NCBI GenBank assembly: GCA_964016885.1
Contig: OZ024740.1
Location: forward strand, 315,642,001-315,706,000
Length of the DNA: 64,000 nt
Source: Eledone cirrhosa
Lineage: Eukaryota
Direction: 5' to 3'
The translations under genes and the position numbers were made by a program. How positions within the stretch are numbered: the first letter of the stretch is position 1; each line of letters starts with the position of its first letter. This document shows positions 59,429 to 64,000 of the stretch, piece by piece. The notes under the pieces were generated by a model. That model saw only the letters and a program-made list of their open reading frames with translations. It ran no database searches and was not told the origin of the DNA.

Positions 59429-59683
59429 TTAGGTGATGCCCGTGAGGGTGCCTGGTTGTTTCAGCGCCTTAGCTTTGCCTTGATCTGTGGTAATGCTGCA
59501 AGCATACTGGCTTGCCTCAAAATTTTCCATTGACCCTTGTGGTGTGCTGTCTTTTGTCACATTTGGTGGTAAATTGATTGTCTTTTTTGTTTGTTTATTT
59601 ATTTTCTTTTTCTCTTGCTTGGATCATATATTTTTGTGCATTTTATTTGTGAGGTTCCTAACAATAATTAATTGTATTTATTA
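59429..59683 (+). mobile_element. CRE-clade retrotransposon 3' end
   Basis: 59429-59533 encodes LGDAREGAWLFQRLSFALICGNAASILACLKIFH*, followed by a T-rich UTR. Confidence 0.7.
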
Positions 59684-61487
59684 TCATCATCATCATTGTT
59701 TAACGTCTATCTTCCACGCTAGCATGGGTTTAGACAGGAATTGTCCCACTTGAGGCAAGATTGGTTGGGTGACCGTGTCCCGCTCGTATAGGACTGTCTG
59801 GCAGGTTTTCTACGGCTGGATGCCCTTCCTAACACCAACCACATTTACGGTGTGGACTGGGAGGTTTTTACCGTGTTACCTACACGGGCACATTACAGTG
59901 TGGACTGTGTTTTTTGTTGTGACACCTACACGATCTCATTTATTTTGGACTGGATGTTGTGATACCAACATAACTTTACAGAGAAAGGGTGGTGTTGGTG
60001 GGAGTGGAAGGGTGGAGTAGGGGTAGTGGGATGGGGTGTATATTTGGTTAAGAGGTGCCTACTGACCGTAGGTTTCGCTTTGTACATAGTAATACAGAAG
60101 ACCCGCCTTGCCTGAGTGACGCCAAAGATCTCAAGTCCAGTGACATTGTCTTAGAGAGGTGCAAGTTTGTAAAGTCGGAATTTATCAAAAGTACCCAGGT
60201 TTTTCTGGGTGCTACCTACTCCGTAACTACCATCAATTTTGATCGCCCTGCACTTTTTTATACAGCTGTTGTCTTTCATGCGTATCACGTGACGATATGA
60301 ACGTAGTCTTCTCTCAAGTAAACAGCATCTGATCCCTCTTATTCCTAATTTCTCAAATAGTTCATTTATGTTTTGCTGTTCACGTATATTACACATCTAA
60401 CGGAACATGCATGCTTCGTTCCTCTCCAGTCTGCGCAGGTCCTCTGCACACAATGCCCATGTCTCACTGTCATGTAACATAGCTGTTCGTATGCAGGCAT
60501 CATACAATCTGCCTTTCATTTTTAGAGAGAAACCTTTAGTGGCCAATAGTGGCATAAGCTCTCTGAACTTTTTCCATCCAGTTCTGACTCTAGCTACTGT
60601 ACTTTCAGAGCACCCTCCACCACTGCTGATTTTGTCACCCAGGTAACGGAAAGTGTCCACTATTTCTATAGAACCATCTGGGCAACAGAAGGAGCTAGTA
60701 TCCTGTAGGCACTTGCTACTTATTGCACCTGAGCATCGGCCACATATAAAATCTACGTTCTTAGATGGCTTACCTGGTATCCCACTACATTTTTTATGTA
60801 CCCATAGTTTACATTAGGGACATAAAATGAAATTTCTGCCTACTCCTTTTCTACACAGAGAGCATGGCCATTTCCTTCCTACATACTAGAACTTTAGTCT
60901 TAGACAAGTTAACTTTAAGGCTTTTTGATTCCAGGCCATGCTTCCATGTTTGGAATTTCTTCTCTAGTTCAGCCATTGATTCAGCTATAAGAGTTAGATA
61001 ATCTGCGTATAGAAGTTCCCATGGGCAGCCGGTCTTGAACTCCTCTGTTATATCCTGAAGGGCAATAATAAATATGAGGGAGCTAAGGACAGAGCCTTGA
61101 TGAACACCAACTTTTACACTAAATTCTTCACTATATTCATTGTTAATTCTAACCTTGATTATTGTTTCTTTATACATGGCTTGTATAGCTCTCACAAGCC
61201 ATTCATCTCCACCTAGTTTTCTAAGAGCCCACCAGATAATGGAGCAGGGGACTCTGTCAAAGGCTTTCTCCAAGTCAACAAAAGCTAAGTAGAGGGTTTA
61301 CTTTTAGCTAGGTACTTCTCCTGTAGTTGTCGTACAAGGAAAAGAGCGTCTGTGGTACTTTTACCTGACACAAACCCAAAATGCATTTCATCTAGATCAA
61401 TTCGCTCTCTGATTAGTTGCGCTATAACTCTTTCTGTGACTTTCATGACCTGATCAACTAACTTAATGCCTCTATAGTTTCCCCTAT
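59684..61487 (-). pseudogene. RTE LINE RT (with inserted PHD finger), C-terminus, 3' UTR and (ATG)n tail
   Basis: DLEKAFDRVP, GVHQGSVLS, LLYAD, FRYLG, SETW motifs with stops and frameshifts. Confidence 0.93.
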
Positions 61488-61944
61488 GTGTGTTTATATT
61501 TTTATTCTGGAAACAATTATAAACAATTATCGTATGTAAAAAAGTCTATGAAAATTTGTTCATTAACAAAGAATTTTGAAAGTCTGAGTGAAATATTTCT
61601 AACTAGTTGTTTGTCATAATCTGAAAATGTAATCAAGACTGTTTCGTTTAGTAAATAGGATTATTTACACTTAAAATGACATATAAAAAATGAGCAACCG
61701 GAATGTTGATGTTAGCAGTGATCATATTCCAAGATTTTAAGAAAGAAATCTAAAAGTTTTGGTTAATTCTATCCAAGTTGAGGAGATTGAAATTATTCAA
61801 GACTAGAAGATCATCATATCTGTAAAAGTGGAGCTTATTTTTTTTAAACAAAGATAATGGGCATATTCTGACAAAATTGCTTATCTTAGCAGTCATGTGC
61901 ACCCTTACTGATATCAAATGGGATGCTAGATAACTTTTTTAATC

Positions 61945-62270
61945 CAATGTTGTCATAGTTCATAAGCAGTTGCTCAAGGTAGCAACACTACTTTTCCAAA
62001 TAGGGAGATCACAGCTCTGATACTACAGACATGTAGTCAGAATGTCTAAAGAAAGAATCCTTGGACGGATTTTACAAGCAAAACCAGCTGGCAGGAGACC
62101 CAGGGGTAGATCAGGAGCTAGATAGTTGGATAACATCTATGAGCTTGGTTGGTCTCATTTGGAGACCCAGCTAGATCAATTGGAGATGATTACTTCTGAC
62201 AAGACCTGGTGGAAGGCATGCTTGACGATACTGCTCCTACAATCAACCTCGGCATAAGTGGGCAAAGAAA
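61945..62270 (+). mobile_element. RTE 3' fragment (family of 1-140)
   Basis: HVVRMSKERILGRILQAKPAGRRPRGRSGAR motif. Confidence 0.75.
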
Positions 62271-62467
62271 AGGTATCATAATTTCCATTTCATTCACTGT
62301 GATAATTCATAGAAAGTTCAGATCATTAATAAACAAATTTATGGTATTTGACGGGCAATAATTTTGAATGTCAAAATACTAAAGAAACTACCACAAAATA
62401 ATAATTCAGAGTCCCGAAACTAATACAAAATAATTGTTTTCACCCCAGGCACAAGGCCAGCATAAAA

Positions 62468-62929
<462 letters not shown>

Positions 62930-62930
<1 letters not shown>

Positions 62931-64000
62931 GTCATTATGAGAGACTGATGAATGTGGAGAACGAATGGGAGAGAGAGAAATTACCCCAGTAGATCCGACA
63001 GAGGGACCAGCTATTGAGATTGACGAATATAGGGTCCAAGAGGCGATTAGGGAAATGAAAAATGGTAAGGCTGCCGGACCATCGGGAATAGTTGCTGAGA
63101 TGCTGAAGGCATCAGGGGACGTAAGCACTAAACTGGTTGCACGCATCATCAATCAGGCTATATATGGCGGTGTCATACCCAAAGACTGGTGCAGCAGTAT
63201 TCTAATAAATTGCTACAAGGGTAAAGGGGATGCTTTGGAGAGGAGCAATTATAGGGGTATAAAAGTGATAGATCAGGTTATGAAAGTGGCAGAAAGGATT
63301 TTAGCACAACTAATTAGAGAAAGGGTCAAACTAGATGAGCTGCAGTTTGGTTTTGTGCCTGGGAAGAGTACAACAGATGCCCTCTTCTTGGTGAGACAAT
63401 TGCAAAAGAGGTTCTTAGAGAAGAATAAGCCACTATGCTTAGCCTTTGTTGACCTAGAGAAGGCCTTTGATAGGGTACCCCGATCTGTCATCTGGTGGTC
63501 CCTAAGGAAGCTAGGTGTTAAGGAATGGCTTGTGAGGACAGTACAAACTTTGTACAGAGGTACTCTCAGTAAAGTCAGGGTAGGAATGGAGTTTAGTGAG
63601 GAATTCCAGATACAAGTAGGAGTACATCAGGGTTCGGTCCTCAGCCCGCTCTTGTTCATTATAGTCCTCCAAGCCATAACAGAGGAGTTTAAGACTGGCT
63701 GTCCATGGGAACTTCTCTATGCTGACGATCTGGTTCTTATAGCAGAATCAGTAGAGGAGCTAGAGAATAAATTCTGGCTATGGAAACAGTAGTTGGAAGC
63801 AAGAGGACTGAGAGTGAATCTAGCTAAGACAAAAGTGTTGATGAGTAGAAAAGAGGACAAAACCCTGATTCCGTCAGGGAAATGGCCATGTTCGATATGC
63901 AGAAAAGGAACTGGTATAAATTCTATAAAATGCATACAATGCAGATCCTGGGTACACAAGAGATGTAGCGGGATAGCAGACAAACTAACAGGTAGGGAGA
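62930..64000 (+). pseudogene. RTE LINE RT domain with PHD insertion, runs off the window
   Basis: KAAGPSG, NYRGIK, QFGF, FVDLEKAFDRVP, GVHQGSVLSP, LLYADDL. Stop at 63790-63792, then GKWPCSICRKG...CIQC..WVHKRC. Confidence 0.93.

Overview
Eukaryotic, AT-rich, almost entirely repetitive DNA. The SINE families, (CAT)n-tailed RTE LINEs and very long (TA)n/(TACA)n arrays suggest an octopod cephalopod intron or intergenic region (inferred from repeat content). No intact gene is present, and the long Ile/Tyr, Thr/Asn and Lys/Val ORFs in the track are simple-repeat artefacts. Coding remnants are retroelement fragments (RTE with a PHD finger inside the RT, a Penelope-like RT plus GIY-YIG, CR1, L1/Tx1, CRE) and one candidate 112-nt minus-strand host exon (42299-42410). 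Helitrons, piggyBac/mariner/hAT MITEs and many tRNA-derived SINEs are also present. The most notable signal is six type I hammerhead ribozyme motifs from four unrelated repeat families, four of them within 7.86-9.25 kb. These include a tandem 470-nt retrozyme-like repeat and an inverted pair about 31 kb apart with identical ribozymes. Three of the four families share a U.U pair at the base of stem II. All structures were folded by eye and none has been tested.
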